Below, one piece after another: positions 1-8,334 of a stretch of 64,000 bases of DNA. Below the pieces are notes generated by a model. That model did not search any database and was not told where the DNA came from. It worked only from the letters and a program-made list of their open reading frames with translations. Location: positions 1 to 64,000 of the IMG/VR virus record IMGVR_UViG_3300032242_002454; one strand, given 5' to 3'. Position numbers and translations under genes: made by a program. Position 1 is the stretch's first letter, and each line of letters starts with the position of its first letter.

Positions 1-1
1 A

Positions 2-622
2 CAAGCGGTAGAAGAAATCAAAAAGACTCCATTTTTTCACAAAAGCATAGCTGGAAAACCTTTTGAAGATCAATTGGCTATTATGAGAAGATGGGTCTTG
101 AAAGAAGTTGGTCTTAATGATGATGGAACAGCTAAGGATTGCGTTATATTCTATGACTATCTAAAACTAATGGATAGTGCCGGAATGAGTCAGGACTTAA
201 AAGAGTATCAGGTTTTGGGTTTTATGATGACCTCTCTGCATAACTTTGCTGTTAGATATAAAGTACCAATTGTGGCCTTTATTCAATTAAACAGAGACGG
301 CATAACAAAGGAAAGTACAGACACAGCAAGTGGTTCAGACAGAATTATTTGGTTGTGTAGTAATTTCAGTATATTTAAAAGAAAAACACCAGAAGAAATT
401 GCAGAAGACGGTCCAGATAATGGCAATCGTAAACTAGTTCCTTTAATTAGTAGACATGGTGGTGGCTTAGACGATAATGATTATATTAACTGCCACATGA
501 AGGGTTGGTGTGCAAAGATTACTGAAGGTAGAACAAGATTAGAAGTTATTAATAATAAAGGCGGCTCATCTGATGGATTTATTGTTGAAGAACAAAATAA
601 TGAAGAAATCCCATTCGAATGA
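2..622 (+). CDS. dnaB: Replicative DnaB-like helicase, C-terminal part (5' truncated by window edge)
   Basis: Frame is open from nt 2 (QAVEEIKKTPFFHKS...) through the track ORF. It has DnaB motifs IFYDYLKLM (Walker B), VPIVAFIQLNR and SGSDRI, and lies directly upstream of primase. Confidence 0.85.
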   Translation, partial: QAVEEIKKTPFFHKSIAGKPFEDQLAIMRRWVLKEVGLNDDGTAKDCVIFYDYLKLMDSAGMSQDLKEYQVLGFMMTSLHNFAVRYKVPIVAFIQLNRDGITKESTDTASGSDRIIWLCSNFSIFKRKTPEEIAEDGPDNGNRKLVPLISRHGGGLDDNDYINCHMKGWCAKITEGRTRLEVINNKGGSSDGFIVEEQNNEEIPFE

Positions 623-1751
623 TCAACACAAACTTAAAATAGTTTGTGATGAGGTATGTGATAACATTGATACCTTATTGGACTTTTTTAATATTGAATA
701 TAGATCAAATAATAAAATGATTTCAATGGCTTGTCCAATTCATGGAGGAGACAACATTTCGGCTATCAATCTGTATCCAGAAGGAGATAGATATAGAGGC
801 AACTGGAAGTGTAGAACACATGGATGTGATAAGGTATTTAAAGCATCTGTCATTGGTTTCATCAGAGGAGTATTATCTCATCAAAAACATGGTTGGGAAA
901 AAGATGGAGATAAGGCTTGTTCATTTAATGATGCTTTAGACTTCGCTCTTAAGTTCATTAAAAAAGATCTAAAGAACATTAAAATCTCTGGATCAGAGAA
1001 AAACAAGAAATTATTTACTAGTACTATTAATTATATAGGTAATGCTACTGCCACCCAAACTCCAGTATCACAACTTCCCACAAGACAACAAGTGAGAAAG
1101 TCTTTGATAATGCCTGCTGAATATTATTTGAGTAGAGGATATTCATTAGAAATACTAGATAAGTACGATATTGGATTTTGTAACAAACCTAGTAAAGAAA
1201 TGTCTAACAGAGTAGTAGTTCCTATTTATAATAATGACTATACTCACATGATAGGATGTTCCGGTAGAAGCGTATCTGAGAAATGTTCAAAATGCTCATC
1301 ATATCATGCTTCATCAGAACTTTGTCCACCAGATGAAAAGAAATGGTTATGTTCAAAATGGAAACATAGTACTAATTTCAAAAGTCAAAATTGTTTGTAT
1401 AATTTTTGGTTTGCTAAAGAACATATTATTAAAAGCACTGTAGCTGTTATTGTAGAAAGTCCAGGTAATGTTTGGAGATTAGAGGAAAACGGTATACATA
1501 ATAGTGTAGCTATTTTTGGTTCTTCACTAAGCGATAGACAGAAAATCATGCTTGATTCTTCTGGAGCTATGACTATTGTTATATTAACAGATAATGATGA
1601 AGCAGGAAAAAAGGCAGCTGAACAAATTAAAGATAAGTGCAAAAATACATACAGAATTTTTATTCCTCAAATCTCTAAGGCAGATATTGGAGAAATGACT
1701 CAGGCCGAAATTAATACAGAAATTAAACCCTTCTTAGAAAGTATCATATGA
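600..1751 (+). CDS. dnaG: DnaG-type DNA primase (Zn finger + TOPRIM)
   Basis: N-terminal CPIH...WKCRTHGC zinc finger, RVVVPI...GCSGR catalytic core, and TOPRIM IVESPGNVW / LTDNDEAG...ADIGE. ATG at 600 is preferred over the track start at 573. Confidence 0.9.
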   Translation: MKKSHSNDQHKLKIVCDEVCDNIDTLLDFFNIEYRSNNKMISMACPIHGGDNISAINLYPEGDRYRGNWKCRTHGCDKVFKASVIGFIRGVLSHQKHGWEKDGDKACSFNDALDFALKFIKKDLKNIKISGSEKNKKLFTSTINYIGNATATQTPVSQLPTRQQVRKSLIMPAEYYLSRGYSLEILDKYDIGFCNKPSKEMSNRVVVPIYNNDYTHMIGCSGRSVSEKCSKCSSYHASSELCPPDEKKWLCSKWKHSTNFKSQNCLYNFWFAKEHIIKSTVAVIVESPGNVWRLEENGIHNSVAIFGSSLSDRQKIMLDSSGAMTIVILTDNDEAGKKAAEQIKDKCKNTYRIFIPQISKADIGEMTQAEINTEIKPFLESII

Positions 1752-2344
1752 CCAGAACAAAGATTGTAGCTTTTGCCGGAAGAAAGCAATCTGGTAAAAC
1801 CACATGCTCAGAATCCACACTTGCTTATTTTAAATATTTGGGCGGCGAGTCTGGTAAGATATATAATTTTGCTGATCCTCTGAAACAAGATATTTGTGTG
1901 AATATATTAGGATTAACCCATCAACAGTGTTATGGTGAAGATTCTGATAAAAACACAATGACTGATATTGTATGGGAAGGTAAAAATCTAACAGCTAGAG
2001 AAGTAATGCAATTTGTTGGTACTGATTTATTTCGTAAAATGAAAAATGATGTGTGGACAAGCGCAACGCTAAATAAAATCAACAATGAAAAACCAGCATT
2101 AGCTATTATAGCTGATTGTAGATTTCCTAATGAAGTAGAAGCAGTACAAGCTGTTGGTGGACTAGTTATTAAGCTAACTAGAAATCCTTATGATTCCAAT
2201 CATGATAGCGAAACAGCTTTAGATCCACTTCGTTATCCTCAAAGTCTATTTGATACAATTATACAAAATGATAAAATGGATATACCAACTCAACTTGAGT
2301 TAGTTCTAAATTATCTACAAGATAAAGGAGTGTTCGTATTATAA
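1748..2344 (+). CDS. Deoxynucleoside monophosphate kinase (T4 gp1-like)
   Basis: FAGRKQSGKTT P-loop, FADPLK, AREVMQFVGTDLFR, DCRFPNE and HDSETALD are the typical phage dNMP kinase motifs. Confidence 0.85.
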   Translation: MTRTKIVAFAGRKQSGKTTCSESTLAYFKYLGGESGKIYNFADPLKQDICVNILGLTHQQCYGEDSDKNTMTDIVWEGKNLTAREVMQFVGTDLFRKMKNDVWTSATLNKINNEKPALAIIADCRFPNEVEAVQAVGGLVIKLTRNPYDSNHDSETALDPLRYPQSLFDTIIQNDKMDIPTQLELVLNYLQDKGVFVL

Positions 2345-3378
2345 TCACATATCTTAGAAGTAGTTCTTATGGAACACATTCTATGTGTCCTCAACAATAT
2401 TTTTTTGAATATATTCTTGGTTTAAGATCTCCATCTAATAAAAAAGCAGACAAAGGAACTATTTGTCATAAAGCTTTAGAAATCTTAGCATTTATTAAAC
2501 TAAATACCCAAAACAATAATCCTATTTTTGAGGATGACGTTGTGGGAAAAGTGGATATCAATAATTATAGCATCAAAAAAATAACTGATCAAGTATATGA
2601 TTATTATACTTCTCAATTTACTCATCATGTTTGGGAACCAAAAGATCATAAAGATTGTCATGCATGGATTAATAAAGCCTTAGAATATAATAAGGGTATG
2701 TTTGATCCTAGGAATAGATATATCGTTCAGCCAGAGCAACGCTTTGATATTGAAATCAAGAAACCTTGGTCCTCTTACCGATATGAAACTAAAGACGGAA
2801 TCCTTGAAGGTAATCTTGCTATAAAAGGTACTATTGATCTTATTACTAAAGTCAATGATAATACATTAGAAGTTATTGACTGGAAAACAGGACGAAGACT
2901 AGATTGGGCCACTGGAGAAGAAAAAACTTTAGAGAAATTACAAAATGATCCTCAGTTAAGAATATACCATTATGCTATTCAACATCTATATCCAGAAATT
3001 GAACATGTAATGATATCTATTAATTTTATTAATGATGGTGGAGCATTTACTATTTGTTTTGACAAAAATGATTTATACAAAACTGAAATAATGTTAAAAC
3101 AAAAATTTGAAACTATCAAGAATACCCAAAAACCTCAGTTAAATAAAAGTTGGAAATGTAGTAAGCTTTGCTATTTTGGTAAAAGTACATTTGCTAATAG
3201 TACAATAGAGCCATTAACAGAATACAGAGATGGTCAGCTAACAGCTAAAAATCAATGTATGACTAAGTGTGAACAGGTTAAACACGATATAGATACAACC
3301 GGGATGAAAGCAGTCATTGACAAGTATCAGGCTCCCGGTTATAGTATAGGTCACTACAAGGCACCCGGCACCGTATAA
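2338..3378 (+). CDS. PD-(D/E)XK (Cas4/RecB-like) exonuclease, probable non-canonical ATT start
   Basis: GTICH, IKGTIDL, VIDWKTG and QLRIY motifs, with Cys pattern C...C-x2-C...C (Fe-S type). The frame is open upstream to TAA 2323-2325. AAGGAG at 2325-2330 lies 7 nt before ATT 2338 and gives IITYLRSSSY ahead of the track Met. Confidence 0.8.
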   Translation: MIITYLRSSSYGTHSMCPQQYFFEYILGLRSPSNKKADKGTICHKALEILAFIKLNTQNNNPIFEDDVVGKVDINNYSIKKITDQVYDYYTSQFTHHVWEPKDHKDCHAWINKALEYNKGMFDPRNRYIVQPEQRFDIEIKKPWSSYRYETKDGILEGNLAIKGTIDLITKVNDNTLEVIDWKTGRRLDWATGEEKTLEKLQNDPQLRIYHYAIQHLYPEIEHVMISINFINDGGAFTICFDKNDLYKTEIMLKQKFETIKNTQKPQLNKSWKCSKLCYFGKSTFANSTIEPLTEYRDGQLTAKNQCMTKCEQVKHDIDTTGMKAVIDKYQAPGYSIGHYKAPGTV

Positions 3379-3417
3379 CATTTTGGCTAGAACAATTAAA
3401 TAAGGAGACAATTAGAT

Positions 3418-5311
3418 ATGGACATGACTAGAGGATATGTGCCTCTTCATGTCCATTCTTAGGTGGGCTATGTACTCACTTTTGGATGGACTGTCGCAAC
3501 CAAGAACTATTGCTGAACGATGTCAAGAAATCGGAGCAACTTCTTGTGCATTAACTGATCATGGTAATATTGCCGGAGCAGTTAAGTTTTATACAGAAAT
3601 GAAAAAGAAAGGCATTAAGCCTATTCTAGGTTGTGAGGTTTATCTATGTGATCAAGACCCTAAGATTAAAACCAAAGAAAATAAAGACTTGACCCACTTT
3701 GTTATTCTAGCTAAGAATTATGAAGGGTGGAAGAGTCTTATTAGAATTGTTTCTGAGTCTAATCAACCAGATCATTTTTATCATAAGCCAAGACTAGATA
3801 TAGCCTCTTTGGCAAAGTATACTAATGGTAATATTATTGGTTTTTGTGGTCATGCTGGATCATATTTGGCAGATAGGATAACCTCTGATAATCGATTAAT
3901 TGGCGATTGGAAGAATGTTGGTATTGACCAAATTGGTAAATTAAAAGATGTTTTTGGCAAAGAGAACTTTTTTCTAGAAGCACAATTAATGGATTCGGTC
4001 AATTCTCCTATTCAGACACTCTTAACTGGTGCTATGAGAGATTTGGCCAAAATTACCAACACTAAAATCATATCTACGCCAGACGCTCATTATTGCCGTA
4101 AGGAGGACGCTGTAGATCAAAGGGTGCTTCTCTGTAATAATTTAAAAACAACCTTCCCAGAGATCAGCAGGAAGATTAGCAATGATGAGGAAGTGCCTCT
4201 TGGATGCTTTTTTACATCTGACAACTTCCATATCCTATCTCCAGAAGAAATGGGTCATTTTCATACAGAAGAAGAGATGGAGAATACCAAGTTAGTGGAT
4301 GCATTATGTGAAAAATATAATATATTAGATAAGCCACATTTACCCCCATTTCCTTGTCCTGACGGAGCTAATCCAGATGAATATCTAAGGCAATTATGTC
4401 GTAATGGTTGGAGAGATAAAATTGCTAATAATATAGATAAAGATATCCAAGAAGATTATGTGAATCGAATAAAGTATGAATTAGAGGTTCTACAAGGAGC
4501 CGATCTCTCTAGTTACTTTTTAATTGTACAAGATATTGTGAACTATGTCAGGAAAAATAACTGGCTTCCGGGACCGGGAAGAGGAAGTGCGGCTGGTTGT
4601 CTAGTCTCTTACCTGATTGGTATTACTAGTATTGATCCTATTAAGTATGGTTTATTATTTGACAGATTTTATAATGCTGGACGAAATAGTAAAGACCATA
4701 TCTCTATGCCTGATATTGACGTAGACGTACCTATTAATAAGAGAGAAAATGTAATCGAATATATTAAGCAGTGTTATGGGGCTGATAAGGTTTCCCAAAT
4801 GATTACATTTAATACTATTAAGGGTCGTGGTGCTATTAAGGATGTATTGAGAGTTTATGGTAATATATCATTTGATGAAATGAATAAGATCACTAAAAGT
4901 ATTCCAGATGAAGCTAAAATTGCCGACGATCTTCAAGAAATGAAAGAAGAAACTGGGGAAGCATCTATTATTCGGTGGGCATTAGAAAATGAGCCAGATA
5001 AACTGAAAGAATGGTGCTATATAGATGAAAAAAATGAATTACAAGGACCGCTTGCCAAAAGATTTGAACAGGCTATTAGATTAGAAGGAACTAAGTCTAA
5101 TCAGTCCAAACATGCGGCTGGTATTGCTATTAGTTCTAAACCATTAAATACATTGTGTCCTATGGTGTACGATTCAAAAAACGATCAGCTTATAGCTGGT
5201 ATGGAAATGCAAGATCTAGAAGCGTTAGGCATTATCAAATTTGATATTCTTGGCGTGGCAATGTTAGATAAAATTATGACTATCCAAGACATCTTATCAA
5301 AAGGAGATTAA
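3418..5311 (+). CDS. dnaE: DNA polymerase III alpha (DnaE) N-terminal chain (PHP + palm); inferred join(3418..3459,3470..5311) across a 10-nt coding gap
   Basis: An AAGGAG SD precedes ATG 3418, giving MDMTRGYVPLHVHS then TAG. The +1 frame resumes MYSLLDG at 3470. PHP motifs TDHG, GCEVY and DAHY are present, as are GPGRGSAAG, MPDIDVD and KFDILG. No intein ends are seen. Confidence 0.9.
3451..3491 (+). promoter_or_regulatory. 41-nt mRNA hairpin covering the dnaE coding gap (candidate recoding/translation-control element)
   Basis: GUCCAUUC(3451-58) pairs with GGAUGGAC(3484-91). A 2x2 U-U internal loop follows, then AGGUGGG(3461-67) pairs with CUCACUU(3475-81). The 7-nt loop CUAUGUA contains AUG 3470. 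Pairing was worked out by hand. Confidence 0.6.
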
Positions 5312-5312
5312 T

Positions 5313-5510
5313 ATGGCAATGCAAAAATTCATGGATATAGCAATCGGTACTGTTTTTAAGCATGAAGGTAATGATTATCGAAAAATCCCAGAAGAAAGAA
5401 TAAGTTGTTGTTCGGCCATTAATGCTCAAGGAGTACATAATGCCCAGCAAAGAATTCAGGTTTTACCATTGGTGGAAGTCGAAGTCCTAGGAGATAACAC
5501 TCAAGCATGA
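5313..5510 (+). CDS. Small hypothetical protein (65 aa, beta-rich, SCC motif)
   Basis: Fills the gap between dnaE-N and the exonuclease and overlaps the latter by ATGA coupling. Confidence 0.75.
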   Translation: MAMQKFMDIAIGTVFKHEGNDYRKIPEERISCCSAINAQGVHNAQQRIQVLPLVEVEVLGDNTQA

Positions 5511-6208
5511 TCAATTATAACAAAATTTGCGTTTTTGATTTTGAAACCGATGGTTCTGATCCTAAATCTTGTAGCCCGGTACAAATTGCAGCAATAATTA
5601 TTGATCCACTAAAATTGGAAATTGTTCCTAACTCTGAATTTAATATCTTTTTTAAACCAGAGGTATTGGCAAATGATGAACAATATCAATATACTACAGA
5701 TATTTTGGATTTTCATGCTAAGGTAAGAGGCTCTTCTAAAGAAGCTATTTTAGAAGAATGGAAAAAGTATCCAGCTCAAGATCAGTCTTGGAAATTGTTT
5801 ACAAACTATTTAACAATGCATCATACAAGATCCAGCAAAAAGAGCCAGTTTAGTGCTCCTATTGCTGCTGGTTACAATATAAATAGATTTGACTTGCCAA
5901 TTATTGATAGATTGAGTCGTAAATATGGTAATACAAATAAGGAAGAAAGAAGCGATATTTTTTATCCAAGAGACGTATTAGATATTATGAACCTAGTCTT
6001 CTATTGGTTTGAAAATAATGGAGATCTCAAAAATCTTTCTCTGGATACTCTTAGAGATTATCTGGGCATAAATAAAGAGGGTTCTCATGATGCTCTAAAA
6101 GATGTTAAAGATTGTGCAGAAATTCTGATTCGTTTTATGAGACTACATCGTAACCTAGGAAATAAGATTAAGTTTAAGGACTCATTTCAGTCACCATCAC
6201 ATGTCTAA
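5507..6208 (+). CDS. DEDDh 3'-5' exonuclease (Pol III epsilon-like proofreader)
   Basis: ExoI VFDFETDG, ExoII GYNINRFDLP, ExoIII HDALKD. Confidence 0.9.
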   Translation: MINYNKICVFDFETDGSDPKSCSPVQIAAIIIDPLKLEIVPNSEFNIFFKPEVLANDEQYQYTTDILDFHAKVRGSSKEAILEEWKKYPAQDQSWKLFTNYLTMHHTRSSKKSQFSAPIAAGYNINRFDLPIIDRLSRKYGNTNKEERSDIFYPRDVLDIMNLVFYWFENNGDLKNLSLDTLRDYLGINKEGSHDALKDVKDCAEILIRFMRLHRNLGNKIKFKDSFQSPSHV

Positions 6209-7832
6209 AAAATTTCAATACAGTTGTGGATGTTCTTTTGACATTATATCTGAACATGACGATAAGGATAGAATGACTCTTAGATTTAATCCTAAAATAG
6301 AAGAGATAAGTTTGGAGTGTCAAAAGACTTGGGATCTAATTTCAGATGGAAATACTAAGGGGTGTTTCCAGTTGGAGTCTAGACTTGGTAAGTCTATGGC
6401 TAAAAAACTAAAGCCAGAAAATATAGAACAGCTATCTGCCTTAATTAGTATTATGAGGCCGGGTTGTCTAGAAGCTTTTAGAGATGGCAAATCAGTTTCT
6501 AATCATTTTATAGATAAAAAGAATGGTCAGGAGTCTGTAGACTATTATCATCCCTCTTTGGAGCCTATTTTAAAGGCAACGTATGGTGAAATGATTTATC
6601 AAGAACAAGCTATGGAAATAGCTAAGATCGTAGCTGGTTTTGATCTTCAGGAAGCAGACATGTTAAGAAAAGCCATTGGTAAAAAGAAACCAGAAGAAAT
6701 GGCTAAAATTAAGATTAAGTTCTTAGAAGGTACAGAAAAAGTAGGAACAGTGGCTACTTCTCAAGCAGAAGAAATTTTCGGCTGGATTGAAAAGTCTCAG
6801 AGATATTCTTTCAATAAATCTCATGCTGTTAGTTATGCTATTAATAGTTATTTGTCAGCTTATACTAAAGCTCATTTTCCCAAAATATTTTTTGCTGCAT
6901 ATTTAAGATTTGCAAAAGATAAAATTGATCCTAAAGCAGAAATTAAAGAATTGGTACAAAACGCTAACGAAATGGATGTTCCTGTTTGTATACCAGATAT
7001 TAGAAACTTAAATCAACTATTTATTCTTAAGAATAATAAGATCTATTTTGGACTAACAGATATTAAAGGTTTTGGACAATCTGTATTTGATAAATTAGTC
7101 AAACTCAAAGAAGATAAGAAGCTAGACTTCGATACTATGAATTGGATAGAAATGCTTATGATGGTTTTGATCAATATCAACTCCACATCTGCTAAAGCTC
7201 TAATTCAAAGTGGAGCAATGTCATATTTGGGTAAGAATAGGGTGGCCATGTTATTTGAATTTGGTTTAGTCTCAGAATTAACTAAGAAAGAATCAGATTT
7301 CATCATAGCTAATCTCTATAAATATAAATCAATAGGAGATGCTCTTCACGATCTATATCATAATGGTAAGTCTAATAAGAATAGAAAAGCTATTATACTA
7401 GACCTAATTAATAGTTATAATAAACCCCCATATTCTTTAGAAGATAATCCAGATTGGATCGCTGATGCGGAGGATTCATTTTTAGGATGTAGTATTACTT
7501 GTTCCAAGGTTGATATGTATGATATTACTATGACCAATACAACTTGTAAAGACTTTAAAAATACCACACTCAAAGATAATATTTTGTTGTGCGGAGAAAT
7601 TGAAAGTGTGGGTGTTACTAAGACCAAATCTGGCAAGACTCCGGGACAAGAGATGGCATTTGTTACTATGAGTGATGGAACAGGGGTAATTGAGTCTGTT
7701 GTATTTTTTCCAGAAGCCTACAAAGCTTATCGAAATATTTTATTTGATGGTAATGTTATTATCGTAAAGGGGAACAAAGCAAAGTCTGGTGATTCGTTAA
7801 TAGTTGAAAAGACGTATATTCCCAAAACTTGA
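6201..7832 (+). CDS. dnaE: DNA polymerase III alpha (DnaE) C-terminal chain (fingers, HhH, OB fold)
   Basis: GCFQLES, IMRPG, TYGEMIYQEQAM, ADMLRKAIGKK, YSFNKSHAVSYA, FGLTDIKG and the OB-fold MAFVTMSDGTG. Confidence 0.92.
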   Translation: MSKKFQYSCGCSFDIISEHDDKDRMTLRFNPKIEEISLECQKTWDLISDGNTKGCFQLESRLGKSMAKKLKPENIEQLSALISIMRPGCLEAFRDGKSVSNHFIDKKNGQESVDYYHPSLEPILKATYGEMIYQEQAMEIAKIVAGFDLQEADMLRKAIGKKKPEEMAKIKIKFLEGTEKVGTVATSQAEEIFGWIEKSQRYSFNKSHAVSYAINSYLSAYTKAHFPKIFFAAYLRFAKDKIDPKAEIKELVQNANEMDVPVCIPDIRNLNQLFILKNNKIYFGLTDIKGFGQSVFDKLVKLKEDKKLDFDTMNWIEMLMMVLININSTSAKALIQSGAMSYLGKNRVAMLFEFGLVSELTKKESDFIIANLYKYKSIGDALHDLYHNGKSNKNRKAIILDLINSYNKPPYSLEDNPDWIADAEDSFLGCSITCSKVDMYDITMTNTTCKDFKNTTLKDNILLCGEIESVGVTKTKSGKTPGQEMAFVTMSDGTGVIESVVFFPEAYKAYRNILFDGNVIIVKGNKAKSGDSLIVEKTYIPKT

Positions 7833-7856
7833 CGCGGACGACCCTCAAACTATAAT
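7829..7856 (+). promoter_or_regulatory. Sigma70-like promoter upstream of ssb
   Basis: TTGACG (7829-7834), 16 nt, then TATAAT (7851-7856); about 50 nt upstream of the ssb ATG, which has an AAGGAG SD. Confidence 0.7.
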
Positions 7857-7905
7857 ATGAAGCAGTGCGTTGGACCTTGGTTTTTTAATTTTAAGGAGAA
7901 CTTGA

Positions 7906-8277
7906 ATGAATATTAATATTCTACGTGGTAATTTAGCTAGAGATCCAGAAATGCGAGTTGTTAATACTGGTGGAAAGCAGACATCAGTAGTAAATTTTAC
8001 TGTTGCTGTTTCTCGTGAGTATACTAAGGCAAATGGCGAACGAGATAAGGTTACTACGTTCGTTCCTTGTGAAGCATGGGATAGTGGTGCCGAGATTATT
8101 GGTCAATCCTTTAAGAAGGGTGATTTTGTTCTGGTAGAAGGCTCACTAAGGAATGACTCATGGGAGAAGGATGGAGTGAAGCATAATTCTCTCAAGGTCA
8201 GGGTAAATAACTTTTCTAAGATTACTAAGCTATCAAAGAAAAGTAAGGAACAGTCGGAAGAAGTAGTAAGCTTCTAA
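7906..8277 (+). CDS. ssb: Single-stranded DNA-binding protein
   Basis: ILRGNLARDPEMR, FTVAVSR, VPCEAW, KGDFVLVEGSLRNDSWEKDG. The tail is short and has no DDIPF motif. Confidence 0.95.
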   Translation: MNINILRGNLARDPEMRVVNTGGKQTSVVNFTVAVSREYTKANGERDKVTTFVPCEAWDSGAEIIGQSFKKGDFVLVEGSLRNDSWEKDGVKHNSLKVRVNNFSKITKLSKKSKEQSEEVVSF

Positions 8278-8306
8278 TCTTATTCTAATCTTATCACTTT
8301 AAAGAG

Positions 8307-8334
8307 ATGGGGGTGGTAACACCCCCCATTTTTT
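8307..8334 (+). terminator. Rho-independent terminator after ssb
   Basis: GGGGGTG-GTAA-CACCCCC stem with a GNRA loop, followed by a T-tract that ends at 8334. Confidence 0.75.

Noticed and set aside
3460-3462. Genome-wide TAG reassignment or simple read-through as an explanation of the dnaE stop
   Set aside because: Read-through stays in the wrong frame and stops at a TGA about 16 codons later. TAG terminates other genes normally (17165-17167, 25675-25677), and long ORFs are intact under the standard code.
3437-3469. Track start MCLFMSILRWA for dnaE-N
   Set aside because: These residues are the off-frame reading of the real PHP motif (YVPLHVHS), and the AAGGAG SD is spaced for ATG 3418, not 3437.
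5250-6260. Split intein or group I intron joining the two dnaE halves
   Set aside because: There are no intein N-/C-terminal motifs at the chain ends, the intervening DNA is fully occupied by coupled ORFs, and there is no non-coding intron core.
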